A DNA stretch of 64,000 nucleotides from Candidatus Culexmicrobium cathedralense (GCA_025061115.1 JANZKC010000001.1:768001-832000), one strand, 5' to 3'. Counted from the stretch's first letter, positions 38,531 to 50,653 are shown. Numbers and translations: made by a program. Notes: generated by a model not told the origin, from the sequence alone.

Positions 38531-39241
38531 ATGTCAATTGAAGAAGAATTAGCTAGGAAAATTGCTGGAGAAATAGTCCTCTCAGATAGACCTTGGATAA
38601 CTATGAAAAAGTGGAGAGAATTATTTAATATTACGCAAGTCGAATTGGCTGGCGAAATGAATATCTCTCCATCGGTAATCAGCGATTATGAAGGGGGTAG
38701 GCGACGCTCTCCAGGAGCTAAGTTCGTTAAGCGATTCGTAGAAGCAATAATAAGTATAGACAAAAATCGCGGAAGCCCAGTGTTAAGAGAATTTTCCAGA
38801 ATTATGAGCATGCCTACTGAAGCAATTTTAGATATGAAAGAATTCTCTGAGGCAGTATCTATCAAAAGGCTCTGCCAAGTAATTAATGCAGAAATCATCG
38901 CTTGTTCACATTTAGGTGAAAGAAAGATTTTCGGATATACGGTCGTTGACAGCATAAGGTGCATTGAAACTCTTTCAGGGGCAGATTTCATGAAGCTCAT
39001 GGGCACTACTTCCATGAGAGCATTAATATTCACAAAGGTTTCAAGAGGAAGGTCGCCAATGGTGGCTGTTAGAGTGAATCCAATAAAGCCAGCAGCAGTA
39101 ATTATTCACGGAACAGATAAGGTCGACTCTTTAGCCATAAAGCTAGCTAGAATAGAGCAAATTCCACTAGCAGTTTCTCGCATGCCCACTATTGAAAAAC
39201 TCCTTCAAGCCTTGAAAAGCTTTAGCTTGAGCATAGAATAA
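38531..39241 (+). CDS. XRE-HTH transcriptional regulator (COG1709-type)
   Basis: KIAGEIVLS, MKKWRELFNITQ, SPSVISDYEGGRRRSPG, RALIFTKVSRGRSPMVAVR. Confidence 0.9.
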   Translation: MSIEEELARKIAGEIVLSDRPWITMKKWRELFNITQVELAGEMNISPSVISDYEGGRRRSPGAKFVKRFVEAIISIDKNRGSPVLREFSRIMSMPTEAILDMKEFSEAVSIKRLCQVINAEIIACSHLGERKIFGYTVVDSIRCIETLSGADFMKLMGTTSMRALIFTKVSRGRSPMVAVRVNPIKPAAVIIHGTDKVDSLAIKLARIEQIPLAVSRMPTIEKLLQALKSFSLSIE

Positions 39242-39293
39242 AACAAAATGGTAAAAATAGATATATAGCAATAATTGTAGTAGGGGGTAGTTT

Positions 39294-41540
39294 ACGCACT
39301 GTTCAAGGTTTTCCACTGAAAAAATATTAGGAGCCCTGTCCAACAGCACCAGAATCGAAATCCTCAAGAAGTTAAGTAGAAGCGATGAGCTGAGCTTCAC
39401 CGAGTTAATGCAAGAACTCAACATGTCTCCTCGCAGCGACGCGGGAAAATTTGGCTATCATCTGAAGACGCTCGTCGAATCCGGGCTCGTGTCGACCGTT
39501 CCTGCTTCAGGGAAATATGCGCTTACAGATATTGGAAAAATCATGGCCGAGCTCATTTGGGAAATTGAAGAAATTAGCAGGAAGAAATCTAAGCGCATGC
39601 TTGTTAGAACCTCAAGTTTAACCATGGAGCCATTTGAGAGAAGAAAAATCGTTGAAGCATTAATACGTGAAGCAAATGCTCCTAGAAGAATAGCGGAAGC
39701 CATAGCCAAAGAAGCTGAGGAGAGGCTTTTAAAGCTCGAAATAAGCTATTTGACTGCACCCCTAATCAGAGAGTTTGTGAATGCAATATTGCTGGAGCAA
39801 GGGTTAGAGGATTATCGGCACTCAATGACAAGACTGGGTTTGCCGGTCTATGATGTAGAGAAGCTACTTGAAGAAGAACATTACATCCCAACTTTTCCAG
39901 ACAAAGTGCATGCAGCAACGGGAGACGCAGTAATGAGCGAATATGCTTTAATCAAGCAGCTTCCAAGGAGAGTGTCTGATGCACATTTAGCCGGTATGAT
40001 ACATATATGCAATACCAATTATTGGATGCTTCGTCCAGCTACAATTCATCATGATCTGTCATTTTTCTTGAAGAAAGGTTTTGAAGTGAGAGACGCAGGT
40101 CTAACGCTTGCATTTAGCGGTCCACCTAAAAGCCTTCGAGCTGCACTTCTCTTTGCAATTAGGCTTGCCCATCTAATGCAGAGCAATTTGGCGGTAGGTC
40201 AGTTAATAGATAACGTAAACTACATATTAGCTCCATACGCGTCAAACTTGAAGATAGAGGAAATGAAAAAGGCAGTTCGTGAAGCACTATTATATTTAAA
40301 TCAAACTCTGACTTCAAGAGGAAGTGTAGTTCCACTTGCATTTGGCTTAACGGTATCTCCACCAAAGTACATTGAAGAAAATTATAATGACTACATAGAT
40401 GAAGCCATATCCTTATTCAAGGCGATTTTACAGGCAATGTACGAAGGAGACTTCGCAAAAAAACCGTTCATCAGCCCACTCCCCATAATTAAGATTTGCG
40501 GAAGAATGTTAAGCGGAAAAGAAGATTATGAAGAAATTTTGGAGGAAGTTTGTAAGCTAACTTCAAAGTGGGCTACACCTTACTTCATAAACTTGAATGC
40601 TGAATGGCAAACCAGAGAAGTAAGTTATGGGTGGGATTTATCAAGGTTAGAGGCAAAGAAGAGTGAAGATGCAAAGTATCTATTGACGCAGACTGGGTGC
40701 TTAGATACTGTTATCATAAATTTGCCGAGAATTGCTTTAGAGGCAAATGGTGATGATGAAGAATTCTTCTCAAAACTTAAAGGTTCGATCTCTCTTGCTG
40801 TGGAAACACTGAATGCTAAACGCGAGTCAATTGATAAACAACTGGAGAAGGGGCATCTATCGCTCCTGAACATACAGTCGGGAGGAGTACCATACTACCA
40901 TCTGGAAAATACTACCTGCAATATCGGCTATATAGGGATGCCCGAGGCTGTAAAAATTCACGTTGGAACATGGGTACATGAAGATGTTAATGCGCTATCA
41001 TTTGCTGAAAAAATCGTGGATTTCATGTTAAGAGAAATAAGAAAGAGGAGAGGACGCTGGACAATAACTTGCATATCTCTTGAAAACGCGAGTGAAAGGC
41101 TCTTAAGAACAGACATTGCGAGATTTGGTCTTAAAAGAGTTCAGGAGGAGGTTGGTGGAGAGCTTCATTACACCCACAATATGCACGTACCAATGCACGC
41201 GCAAGTGCCGCTTAGTAGGAGAATAGCCATTGAAAGCAGATTTCAAAAGAAACTTAATGGGGGACATGGCTTAAACATATATCTTCGAGAGCCCATGCCA
41301 GATGCAGATTACCTCATAAAATGCCTGAGAAGCATTGCAACACGTACAGATTTAGGAGCCTTTACACTCACTAGGGACTGGACGTACTGTAAATGGTGTG
41401 GGAAATTATTCGGCGGCTTTCAAGAGAAATGCCTAAATTGTGGAAGATCTTTGAAGAATATAATACATTACACCAAGATGGTAAATGTATATGAAGTTTT
41501 GATTGAAAGACGCATTAGAAGAGTGAAATATGCAATCTAA
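39294..41540 (+). CDS. ArsR-HTH + ATP-cone + class III ribonucleotide reductase (NrdD)-fold fusion lacking radical/catalytic residues
   Basis: Frame open from 39291 (ALSNSTRIEILKKL...LSFTELM...AGKFGYHL); ATP cone VRTSS...FERRKI...LTAPLIREFVN; NrdD fold with INLPRIA and CKWC/CLNC; no R-x-x-G-Y loop; first ATG at 39408. Confidence 0.85.
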   Translation, partial: THCSRFSTEKILGALSNSTRIEILKKLSRSDELSFTELMQELNMSPRSDAGKFGYHLKTLVESGLVSTVPASGKYALTDIGKIMAELIWEIEEISRKKSKRMLVRTSSLTMEPFERRKIVEALIREANAPRRIAEAIAKEAEERLLKLEISYLTAPLIREFVNAILLEQGLEDYRHSMTRLGLPVYDVEKLLEEEHYIPTFPDKVHAATGDAVMSEYALIKQLPRRVSDAHLAGMIHICNTNYWMLRPATIHHDLSFFLKKGFEVRDAGLTLAFSGPPKSLRAALLFAIRLAHLMQSNLAVGQLIDNVNYILAPYASNLKIEEMKKAVREALLYLNQTLTSRGSVVPLAFGLTVSPPKYIEENYNDYIDEAISLFKAILQAMYEGDFAKKPFISPLPIIKICGRMLSGKEDYEEILEEVCKLTSKWATPYFINLNAEWQTREVSYGWDLSRLEAKKSEDAKYLLTQTGCLDTVIINLPRIALEANGDDEEFFSKLKGSISLAVETLNAKRESIDKQLEKGHLSLLNIQSGGVPYYHLENTTCNIGYIGMPEAVKIHVGTWVHEDVNALSFAEKIVDFMLREIRKRRGRWTITCISLENASERLLRTDIARFGLKRVQEEVGGELHYTHNMHVPMHAQVPLSRRIAIESRFQKKLNGGHGLNIYLREPMPDADYLIKCLRSIATRTDLGAFTLTRDWTYCKWCGKLFGGFQEKCLNCGRSLKNIIHYTKMVNVYEVLIERRIRRVKYAI

Positions 41541-41542
41541 AT

Positions 41543-42541
<999 letters not shown>

Positions 42542-42570
42542 TCAAGTTGAAAGTTTTAGTGGGCGGCAAA

Positions 42571-43038
42571 GTGAAGAAAGAGGAGTTACGCATACAGAAA
42601 ATCAAGTGTGGCACTGTAATTGATCACATAGCTGCTGGCCATGCACTTAGTGTGTTAAAAATACTCAACATAACAGGGCGCGAAGGTTACATAGTCAGCA
42701 TAGCCATGAATGTGCCCAGCAAAAAGTTTGGGAAGAAAGACATAGTGAAAGTTGAAGGTCGAGAATTAAAGGAGGAGGAAGTTAACAAGATAGCGTTAAT
42801 CGCACCTACAGCTACGATAAACATAATTGAAAACTATAAGGTCATAAAAAAGAACAGAATAAGGCTGCCAAATAAAATTGAGGGCATAATTAAGTGCAGA
42901 AATCCAATGTGCATAACAAACAGCGCAAGAGAGCCTGTCACGCCGAAATTCATAGTTATTGACAGAAAGCCTTTAAGGTTGCGCTGTGAATATTGCGGAA
43001 CGATCCTAGAAACAGAAGATATTGTGAAGCAGTTTTAA
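42571..43038 (+). CDS. pyrI: Aspartate carbamoyltransferase regulatory subunit
   Basis: GTVIDHI, GKKDIVKVE, CRNPMCIT, RCEYC. Confidence 0.97.
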   Translation: MKKEELRIQKIKCGTVIDHIAAGHALSVLKILNITGREGYIVSIAMNVPSKKFGKKDIVKVEGRELKEEEVNKIALIAPTATINIIENYKVIKKNRIRLPNKIEGIIKCRNPMCITNSAREPVTPKFIVIDRKPLRLRCEYCGTILETEDIVKQF

Positions 43039-43098
43039 TTGTAAAATATTTAAAGGTGCCTCAAGACAAAATTCAAAGACCTTAGGAGTGAACTGTAA

Positions 43099-43428
43099 AT
43101 GGGCGCACTAGCCGAAAAACTGAAAGAAATACTAGAGGCGGAGATGAAAGCCGAAGAAATGATCAGGCAAGCTAAAAGAAGAGCTGAAGAAATAGAGAGA
43201 AATGCAAAAGCCAAAGTAGAGGAGCTTCTGAAAAATGTTGACTCAATTGCTGAGAGAAAACTTGAAGAGCTAAAGAAAGAGAAAATCGAAAGCATAGAGT
43301 CAAGCGTAAAGGAGATAATTAATCAAGCTAAAAAGGAAGCTGAAGAAATTAAGCGGAAAGCAGAATTGAAAACCAAAGAAGCTGTAGAGGCGTTGCTAAA
43401 GGAAATTTTAGAGGTTGAGGGAGGATGA
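43099..43428 (+). CDS. A/V-type ATP synthase subunit H(G)
   Basis: Charged coiled coil at head of ATPase operon. Confidence 0.8.
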   Translation: MGALAEKLKEILEAEMKAEEMIRQAKRRAEEIERNAKAKVEELLKNVDSIAERKLEELKKEKIESIESSVKEIINQAKKEAEEIKRKAELKTKEAVEALLKEILEVEGG

Positions 43429-44063
43429 CAGAGAAGATAATTGGTATGGAAAGGTTTGATGATATAGTAGCTGGAATTCTGAAAGAAGCCAAGCAGAAGG
43501 TCGAGGAAATAATTAGTAAGGCCAAAGAGCAAGCCGACGCAATGATAGCGGAAGCCGAAAGGAAAGTTGAAGAGCAAGTTAAGCAGAGACTAGCCAAGCT
43601 GCTTGCGTCAGTTGAAGAAGAGGGGAGAAGGAGAATTTCCGAGGCAAAGCTTGAAGCTAGACGAATAATTCTTCAAGCAAAGGAAGAAGCGATAATGAGA
43701 GTTTTCGACGAAGTGACTACCAAGTTGAAAGAAATCGTTGAAAAACCAGAGTACGCCAAAATACTTGAAAAGCTCATTTGCGAAGCAGGAGAAGCTCTCG
43801 GCGGAGGGGAGCTGGTAGCCACTTTAAATGAAAGGGATGCAAACATAAAAATAGATTGGGAAGGTATTGCCAAGAAGATAGAAAGCAAAGTTGGACGAGA
43901 AACTAAAATACAGGGAACTTATGGCAAGGTGAGCGATATCGGAGGGGTAATTGTCAGCACTGCCGATGGGAAATTCACTTTTGATAACACGTTCGAGGGA
44001 AGAATGAAGAGAATGGAAAAGAAACTAAGGCTAATAGCATCAAACGTGCTATTGAGGGGATAG
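43425..44063 (+). CDS. atpE: A/V-type ATP synthase subunit E
   Basis: N-terminal coiled coil, IGGVIV...FDNTFEGR. Confidence 0.92.
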   Translation: MTEKIIGMERFDDIVAGILKEAKQKVEEIISKAKEQADAMIAEAERKVEEQVKQRLAKLLASVEEEGRRRISEAKLEARRIILQAKEEAIMRVFDEVTTKLKEIVEKPEYAKILEKLICEAGEALGGGELVATLNERDANIKIDWEGIAKKIESKVGRETKIQGTYGKVSDIGGVIVSTADGKFTFDNTFEGRMKRMEKKLRLIASNVLLRG

Positions 44064-44065
44064 GA

Positions 44066-44380
44066 GTGCGAATAGCATTAGTTGGAGACTACGATACGGT
44101 AATTGGATTCAAGCTAGCTGGCATAAGTAGAGCCTACGTCGTAAGTGAAGCAAGTGAAGCTGAAAGTGTAATTAGAAAATTATCTAGAGATCCAAACATA
44201 GCGATAATCATTTTGACAGAATCTCTTGCAAGCCAAATTAGAGGTTTTTTAAGGCAACTTTACGAAAAAACGCGACCAGTAATTGTAGAGATTCCTGATA
44301 AGAGGGGGCCTATACCTACTATGGAGTTTGTTAAAGATTTAATTAGAAGAACAGTTGGAGTAGAAGTTAAGTTAGAGTAG
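44066..44380 (+). CDS. atpF: A/V-type ATP synthase subunit F
   Basis: IALVGDYDTVIGFKLAGI, PVIVEIP, IRRTVGV. Confidence 0.95.
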   Translation: MRIALVGDYDTVIGFKLAGISRAYVVSEASEAESVIRKLSRDPNIAIIILTESLASQIRGFLRQLYEKTRPVIVEIPDKRGPIPTMEFVKDLIRRTVGVEVKLE

Positions 44381-44389
44381 GTGTGAGTC

Positions 44390-46174
44390 ATGGAGAGGAT
44401 TGGCAAGATAATTAGAGTTGCTGGCCCAGTAGTTGCTGCTGAAGGACTTAGAGGAGCAAAAATGTATGAAGTCGCTGGCGTTGGGAAGGAGAGATTGATA
44501 GGGGAAATTATTCGACTACAGGGTGATGTTGCCATAATTCAAGTTTATGAAGAAACTGCAGGATTAAAACCCGGAGACCCGGTATATGCTACTGGTAAGC
44601 CACTTTCAGTTGAATTAGGCCCCGGCCTTATTGGTCAGATTTATGACGGAATTCAAAGACCATTACCTGAAATTCGAAGAAGAATTGGAGATTTCGTGAA
44701 AAGAGGAGTAACAGCACCAGCATTACCACGTAATAAGAAGTGGCATTTTACACCAAAAGTAAAGGTTGGAGATAAAGTTCAAGGAGGAGACATTCTCGGG
44801 GTTGTTCCAGAAACGCCATTAATTGAGCACAGAATACTTGTCCCACCCGACATCTCCGGAAAAATCGTTGAAGTAGCTGATGAAGGGGAATACACCGTTG
44901 AAGAGGTAGTAGCTAAAGTCGAAACTCGCGAAGGAATAGTGCCCATTAAAATGCTCCAAATTTGGCCCGTTAGAAAGCCTAGGCCATTTAAGATAAAGCT
45001 CTCACCAAATGAACCTCTAATAACTGGGCAGAGAGTTATTGATGCCCTGTTCCCAATAGCTAAAGGAGGAACAGCAGCAATCCCTGGCGGGTTCGGAACA
45101 GGAAAAACCGTTACTCAGCATCAACTTGCAAAGTGGAGCCACGCAGATGTAATCGTCTATGTAGGGTGTGGTGAAAGAGGCAACGAAATGACTGAAGTAT
45201 TAGAGAGATTTCCGGAACTCAAAGATCCGAAAAGCGGACGCCCACTAATGGAAAGAACGATACTTATAGCTAACGTTAGTAACATGCCTGTGGCAGCCAG
45301 GGAAGCAAGCATATACACGGGAATAACCATTGCCGAGTACTTCAGGGATATGGGATATGACGTAGCCTTAATGGCCGACTCAACTTCACGCTGGGCCGAA
45401 GCACTAAGGGAAATTAGCGGCAGACTTGAGGAAATGCCAGGTGAGGAAGGATTCCCCCCATATCTTGGAGCAAGACTCGCTGAATTCTATGAGAGAGCAG
45501 GTAAAGTGATAACCGTAGGAAGCGAAGAGAGAGTTGGATCAGTAAGCGTTATAGGTGCAGTTTCTCCGCCTGGCGGCGACTTCTCAGAGCCGGTAGTACA
45601 GTGCACATTAAGAGTAGTCAAAGTTTTCTGGGCATTAGACAAATCGCTGGCAGAAAGGAGGCACTTTCCCGCCATAAACTGGCTAATAAGCTATTCACTT
45701 TACACCGACACAATGCAGGAGTGGTATTCCGAAAACTTAGCTCCAGACTGGCCTAAGATTAGGGCAGAGGCTATGGCGATTTTGCAAAAAGAGGATGAAT
45801 TAAAAGAAATTGTAAGATTAGTAGGACCAGACGCCCTCCCAGAGTCGGACAGGGAAATACTTGAAGTTGCTAGGATGATCAGGGAAGACTTTCTCATGCA
45901 ACACGCGTACCATCCAGTTGATTCATATTGCCCTATCGAGAAGACATACCTCCTCCTGAAGACAATACTTCACTTCCATCATCGAGCTAGAGGTGCTATG
46001 CGAGAGGGAGTTCCCCTCTCAAGGATTTTAGCATTACCAGTAAAAGATGAGATTGCAAGGCTAAAAATTGTGCCAGTAGAGAGATTTAAGGAGGCTTATG
46101 AGTATATGATTAAGGCAATTAATGATCAAATTAATCGGCTAATAGAGGAGATAAAAACTGAGGAGGAAAGATAA
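44390..46174 (+). CDS. atpA: A/V-type ATP synthase subunit A
   Basis: [31 protein letters not shown]. Confidence 0.98.
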   Translation: MERIGKIIRVAGPVVAAEGLRGAKMYEVAGVGKERLIGEIIRLQGDVAIIQVYEETAGLKPGDPVYATGKPLSVELGPGLIGQIYDGIQRPLPEIRRRIGDFVKRGVTAPALPRNKKWHFTPKVKVGDKVQGGDILGVVPETPLIEHRILVPPDISGKIVEVADEGEYTVEEVVAKVETREGIVPIKMLQIWPVRKPRPFKIKLSPNEPLITGQRVIDALFPIAKGGTAAIPGGFGTGKTVTQHQLAKWSHADVIVYVGCGERGNEMTEVLERFPELKDPKSGRPLMERTILIANVSNMPVAAREASIYTGITIAEYFRDMGYDVALMADSTSRWAEALREISGRLEEMPGEEGFPPYLGARLAEFYERAGKVITVGSEERVGSVSVIGAVSPPGGDFSEPVVQCTLRVVKVFWALDKSLAERRHFPAINWLISYSLYTDTMQEWYSENLAPDWPKIRAEAMAILQKEDELKEIVRLVGPDALPESDREILEVARMIREDFLMQHAYHPVDSYCPIEKTYLLLKTILHFHHRARGAMREGVPLSRILALPVKDEIARLKIVPVERFKEAYEYMIKAINDQINRLIEEIKTEEER

Positions 46175-47598
46175 TGGCAAGCACTTATGACGAAAAAAGA
46201 CTTAAGGCAATAGAATACCGAACAGTTGCAGAGGTATCAGGACCATTGCTGATAGTGAAAGATGTACAGGGAGTAGCTTATGGAGAGCTAGTGAAAATAG
46301 AAACGCCTACTGGAGAAATAAGGACAGGGACAGTGCTAGAAACAGGGCTGGGATATGCGATTATACAAGTATTTGAGGGAACCAGAGACTTGGATACAAG
46401 CAAAACAACCGTTAGGTTTACAGGAGAAACAATGAAGCTCCCAGTTTCAATCGACATGCTTGGCAGAATATTCGATGGAAGGGGGGAGCCCATCGATGGA
46501 GGGCCGCCAATAATACCGGAAGACGAGCTAGATATTCATGGAGCTCCAATAAACCCAGCAGCAAGAGAATACCCCAAGGAATTCATCCAGACAGGGATTT
46601 CTGCAATAGACGGAATGAACACGCTAAGCAGAGGACAAAAGCTCCCGTTGTTTACTGAATCTGGATTGCCACACAACGTTTTGACGGCGCAAATAGTGAG
46701 GCAAGCAACGATACCCGGCAAAGAAGAAGAATTCGCAATCGTATTTGCAGCAATGGGAATAACCACTGAGGAGGCAATTTACTTTAAGCAAGAATTCGAA
46801 AGAACAGGAGCACTAGAACGAGTCGTAATGTTCATCAATTTAGCAGAGGACCCGGCAATTGAGAGAGTTATAACTCCAAGATTAGCATTAACAACAGCAG
46901 AATATCTGGCCTTCCAGCACGATATGCATATACTTGTAATATTAACAGACATGCTGAATTACGGGGAAGCTCTAAGGGAGATAAGCGCAGCAAGAGAAGA
47001 AGTTCCGGGAAGAAGAGGGTTCCCAGGATACCTCTACACAGACCTTGCAACAAATTATGAAAGATGCGGTAGAATAAGAGGAAAGAAAGGAAGCATAACG
47101 CTAATTCCAATAGTAACCATGCCTGGTGGAGATGTGACCCACCCAGTAGTAGACTTAACAGGGTACATTACTGAAGGACAAATATACTTGGATAGAGCAT
47201 TGCATAGAAAAGGCATTTACCCGCCAATTAACGTTTTGCCATCGCTCTCCAGATTAATGAAGGAAGCAACACGATACACACGTAAAGATCATCAGTCCCT
47301 AAGCGACCAACTTTACTACTGCTATGCCGAAGGAGTTGAGCTAAGAGGATTAGTAGCAGTAGTTGGAGAAGAAGCGTTAACTGAACGCGACCGCAAGTAC
47401 TTAGAATTTGCAGATGCATTCGAAAGGAGATTTATCGCGCAGGGAATTTATGAAAACAGAGATCTTGAAACAACTTTACGAATAGGCTGGGACCTACTAT
47501 GTGAATTCATACCTGAATCAGAGTGGAAACGACTAGACCCAGACATAATCCGTCAATATTGCCCAAGATACGCAAGTATTGCTGCAGAGAGCTCCTAG
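46174..47598 (+). CDS. atpB: A/V-type ATP synthase subunit B
   Basis: [43 protein letters not shown]. Confidence 0.98.
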   Translation: MASTYDEKRLKAIEYRTVAEVSGPLLIVKDVQGVAYGELVKIETPTGEIRTGTVLETGLGYAIIQVFEGTRDLDTSKTTVRFTGETMKLPVSIDMLGRIFDGRGEPIDGGPPIIPEDELDIHGAPINPAAREYPKEFIQTGISAIDGMNTLSRGQKLPLFTESGLPHNVLTAQIVRQATIPGKEEEFAIVFAAMGITTEEAIYFKQEFERTGALERVVMFINLAEDPAIERVITPRLALTTAEYLAFQHDMHILVILTDMLNYGEALREISAAREEVPGRRGFPGYLYTDLATNYERCGRIRGKKGSITLIPIVTMPGGDVTHPVVDLTGYITEGQIYLDRALHRKGIYPPINVLPSLSRLMKEATRYTRKDHQSLSDQLYYCYAEGVELRGLVAVVGEEALTERDRKYLEFADAFERRFIAQGIYENRDLETTLRIGWDLLCEFIPESEWKRLDPDIIRQYCPRYASIAAESS

Positions 47599-47703
47599 CT
47601 TATATTTTTGCTACCTTTTCGACCATCCAATTTGATTTCGGCGCTATTACTAACATAAGCAGTTGTAGTTAGAAATATATCGTTAATGAACAGTAGCATA
47701 AAT

Positions 47704-47779
47704 GGGGCCGTAGTCTAGCCTGGTCTAGGACGTCGCCCTCGGGCGGCGAAGATCGTGGGTTCAAATCCCACCGGCCCCA
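47704..47779 (+). tRNA. tRNA-Pro(CGG)
   Basis: GGGGCCG acceptor, TCGCC-CTCGGGC-GGCGA, GGTTCAAATCC. Confidence 0.9.
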
Positions 47780-47918
47780 CTTTTATCTACAGATTATAGA
47801 TAAAAATACGTGGTAATCAAGGTTCCATATGGATACATTTTATTTTCAATCTTACATATATGATGCAGATAATATTTAAACAGAAAAAATATATTTTTCT
47901 GTTGTTTATTTAATAATT

Positions 47919-48640
47919 ATGAAAAATGTAAATTTTAGAAATATGGCATTAATTATTTCTATAGTCTCGGTGACCATTTTAATTGTTGTCGGCTAAATAC
48001 TTTCAACATTCAATGTACAAGAAGCTCCTGAGAAGCTTTTTACAACCTATTGGCTTAAAGAAAAACAATTAAATTTAAATGAAACAATGGAATTTTTAAA
48101 TAAAAGAGTGCTTAAAATTCAATTGCCGACAAACATTCCTGAGGAATATAAACTGAAAATCATTTTCGCATTTGGCACGCAATTATATTTTCTATTCTCT
48201 GATAGTGAGATTGGAATTAGGGATCTAGGTAAAAACGAAGTTGAAGTATGTATATACATACCAAGTCTAAATGGACCGAAACTGATGATATATATTAATT
48301 TTGATGGTCCCCGATAGAAACCCATATTCCCTCGGCTTAAATGTCAAGAATATAACTAGTTTGGAGGAATTTAAGCAGGCCGTTGAAAATACATAGAAGA
48401 TCGAATAAGTACAGAGAAATTAAAACTTGTCACCGAGGGATTTAAAGACGTTGTTATTGAAAAACGATATATTAACGGTTGGCTAGTATGCTGTAGACAA
48501 TATACTAATGCTACAAATTCTCAAGGTTGCTAATTCGTTCAACCTAGCTGGGTTCTAATCACTACTCCAAAGGAACCATACTACTAGAGGGATGATTAAT
48601 CCCTCTAGACCAGCTATGCGAAATAGCTGAGTATCATGAT
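47919..48640 (+). pseudogene. Degraded secreted/membrane-anchored protein gene
   Basis: MKNVNFRNMALIISIVSVTILIVVG* continues in frame into ORF 48087-48317; more stops downstream; AT-rich; 3' end approximate. Confidence 0.5.
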
Positions 48641-48769
48641 GATTTTATGGTAAAATTACTTTTGCAATTCATTTCTGCATCCAAAATTATAATCAATGTA
48701 AAAATGTTTTGAACTCAATTAACAAATATCAGGATTTTAAGTATTTTTATAGAAGAATGCTTCAATGAA

Positions 48770-49060
48770 CTATCGTGGTAGCGCCCAGAATACTAAGAAG
48801 GCTATAATGAACGCAAATAGTTTTGTACCATTTGTTAAATACATTTCAACTCTATACTTTCCACTTTTATCTCGACCTTTAAGTTCCACTTTCGCTAACT
48901 CATTGAGTGATATTACATCGACATCAAGGTAGGAAAGAGGTGACTTTGATATAAGGGAGCCAGCGAAGGGAGCTTCCGGGATGTATATAAACTCAATTTT
49001 ATCACGGTCACGTTTACCTTTATAAATTGCGTCATACGTCTTAGGGTTTATCAGTGTCAT
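48770..49060 (-). pseudogene. Probable C-terminal gene fragment ending in a hydrophobic helix
   Basis: 96-aa ORF in the AT-rich decayed zone; upstream frame interrupted. Confidence 0.35.
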
Positions 49061-49222
49061 TTTTGTTCATGCTCTCTTATGATTACTATTTTCTGGGTCT
49101 CTAATTATTTCTCCAGGAATTTCAACTTTTAACTTATATTTCTGCAATATTTTTGGAAGGGTCTCCCTCTGAGGAGGCTGATCATTGCATTGTAAAACCG
49201 TTCAGCTTCTCTTTCATGTAGT

Positions 49223-50596
49223 TTAAAATTTTCCTTCCTTTTTGAGTATGCTTCTCGCTACAATGATTCCTGTTGCAGCAGCTATAACTATTCCTCTTGA
49301 TAGCCCTGCGCCGTCACCAGCTACGTATAGATTAGGTATCGGTGTTTCCAATTCGTTGTTTGTCTGCACTCTATTTGCTGAGAACTTTACTTCTGGAGCA
49401 TATAGAAGCGTTGAAGAGCTTGCTACGCCGGGTATTATCTTATCTAGGGTTTCTAGCCCTTCAAGTATGTCTGTAAGTATTCTATGCGGTAGGACCATTG
49501 CTATGTCTCCGGGAGTTGCAGATTTTAATGTTGGTTTCACGTGGCTGTGAGAAATTCTATTCCAAGTTGACCTTCTTCCCATTCTCAGGTCTCCTAGCCT
49601 TTGTATTATTGGTTTTCCTCCTCCAAGGATTGTGGCTAGCTTTGCTATTGAGCGCCCATAAGCAGTAGTATCTTCTATTGGCTCTGTCAAGGTTATCTTT
49701 ACAAGAAATGCAAAATTGGTATTTTGAGATTGCTCGCCAACCATTGAGTGCCCGTTCACTCCCACGAAATCGTCGTAAAGTTCTTGGACAACGAAGCCTC
49801 TGTGATTAACGCAGAAGGTTCTCACGAAATCGTCGTACGTTTTTGTGTATATGTGGAACTTCGGATCTCTACATACTTGAATTACGGGCTCCATAACTAC
49901 TGCTGGAACTTCAACTCTAACACCGATATCTATAGGCTCATGCCTCGTCGGTATTCCCAATTTCTTGGCTTCTTGAGCTAGCCAGTTGGCGCCTACTCTT
50001 CCTGGCGCTGCAATTATATATTTAGCTTGAATCGACGTGCCGTCTTCTAAGATCACTTCCCCCGGATTTATTTTAATAACTCTCTTTCTTAACAGGAATT
50101 TTACTCCACGTTTCTCTAGATCTTGCTTGAAATTTTTGATTACTTGTGGTGCTAAATCTGAGCCCATGTGTCGTTGGGGTATTGGAATAAATTTAGCGCC
50201 TACTGCTGCCGCTCTTCTCTCTAATTCCTCAATAGCAACACTGTCTCCTAGATGCGTTTTCTTAGGTGCACCATATTTCAAAAAGATTGAATCCACGTAA
50301 TTTACAAGTTCCTGAGCTTTTTCATGAGACTCAACTAAACTTACTAGATCCCCGCCGATGTCAGGTCTTAAATTTAACAATCCTCCCGATAGGGTTCCTG
50401 CGCCACCCACGCCGCACATTATGTTGCATGGAGAGCATTTCCTGCAAAAAGCATATGATTTTGCCGGGCAAATTCGCTCATCTACATCTCCTCCTTGATC
50501 TATTATGATGATTGATAACTTGCTTTTGCTTGAGAGCTCATATGCTGCGAAAAGCCCCGCTGGACCGGCACCAATTATCACAACGTCTATCTGCAA
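49223..50596 (-). CDS. FAD-dependent oxidoreductase (COG2509-type)
   Basis: IIGAGPAG, GVGGAGTLSGG, VRTFC, GDGAGLSRG; Cys cluster C..C.PC. Confidence 0.88.
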   Translation of the reverse strand: MQIDVVIIGAGPAGLFAAYELSSKSKLSIIIIDQGGDVDERICPAKSYAFCRKCSPCNIMCGVGGAGTLSGGLLNLRPDIGGDLVSLVESHEKAQELVNYVDSIFLKYGAPKKTHLGDSVAIEELERRAAAVGAKFIPIPQRHMGSDLAPQVIKNFKQDLEKRGVKFLLRKRVIKINPGEVILEDGTSIQAKYIIAAPGRVGANWLAQEAKKLGIPTRHEPIDIGVRVEVPAVVMEPVIQVCRDPKFHIYTKTYDDFVRTFCVNHRGFVVQELYDDFVGVNGHSMVGEQSQNTNFAFLVKITLTEPIEDTTAYGRSIAKLATILGGGKPIIQRLGDLRMGRRSTWNRISHSHVKPTLKSATPGDIAMVLPHRILTDILEGLETLDKIIPGVASSSTLLYAPEVKFSANRVQTNNELETPIPNLYVAGDGAGLSRGIVIAAATGIIVARSILKKEGKF

Positions 50597-50653
50597 AGTA
50601 GCCACCGGTGGCTTAAAATTGCAGAACACTAATAAAAGGATAGTGCTTCTGCA

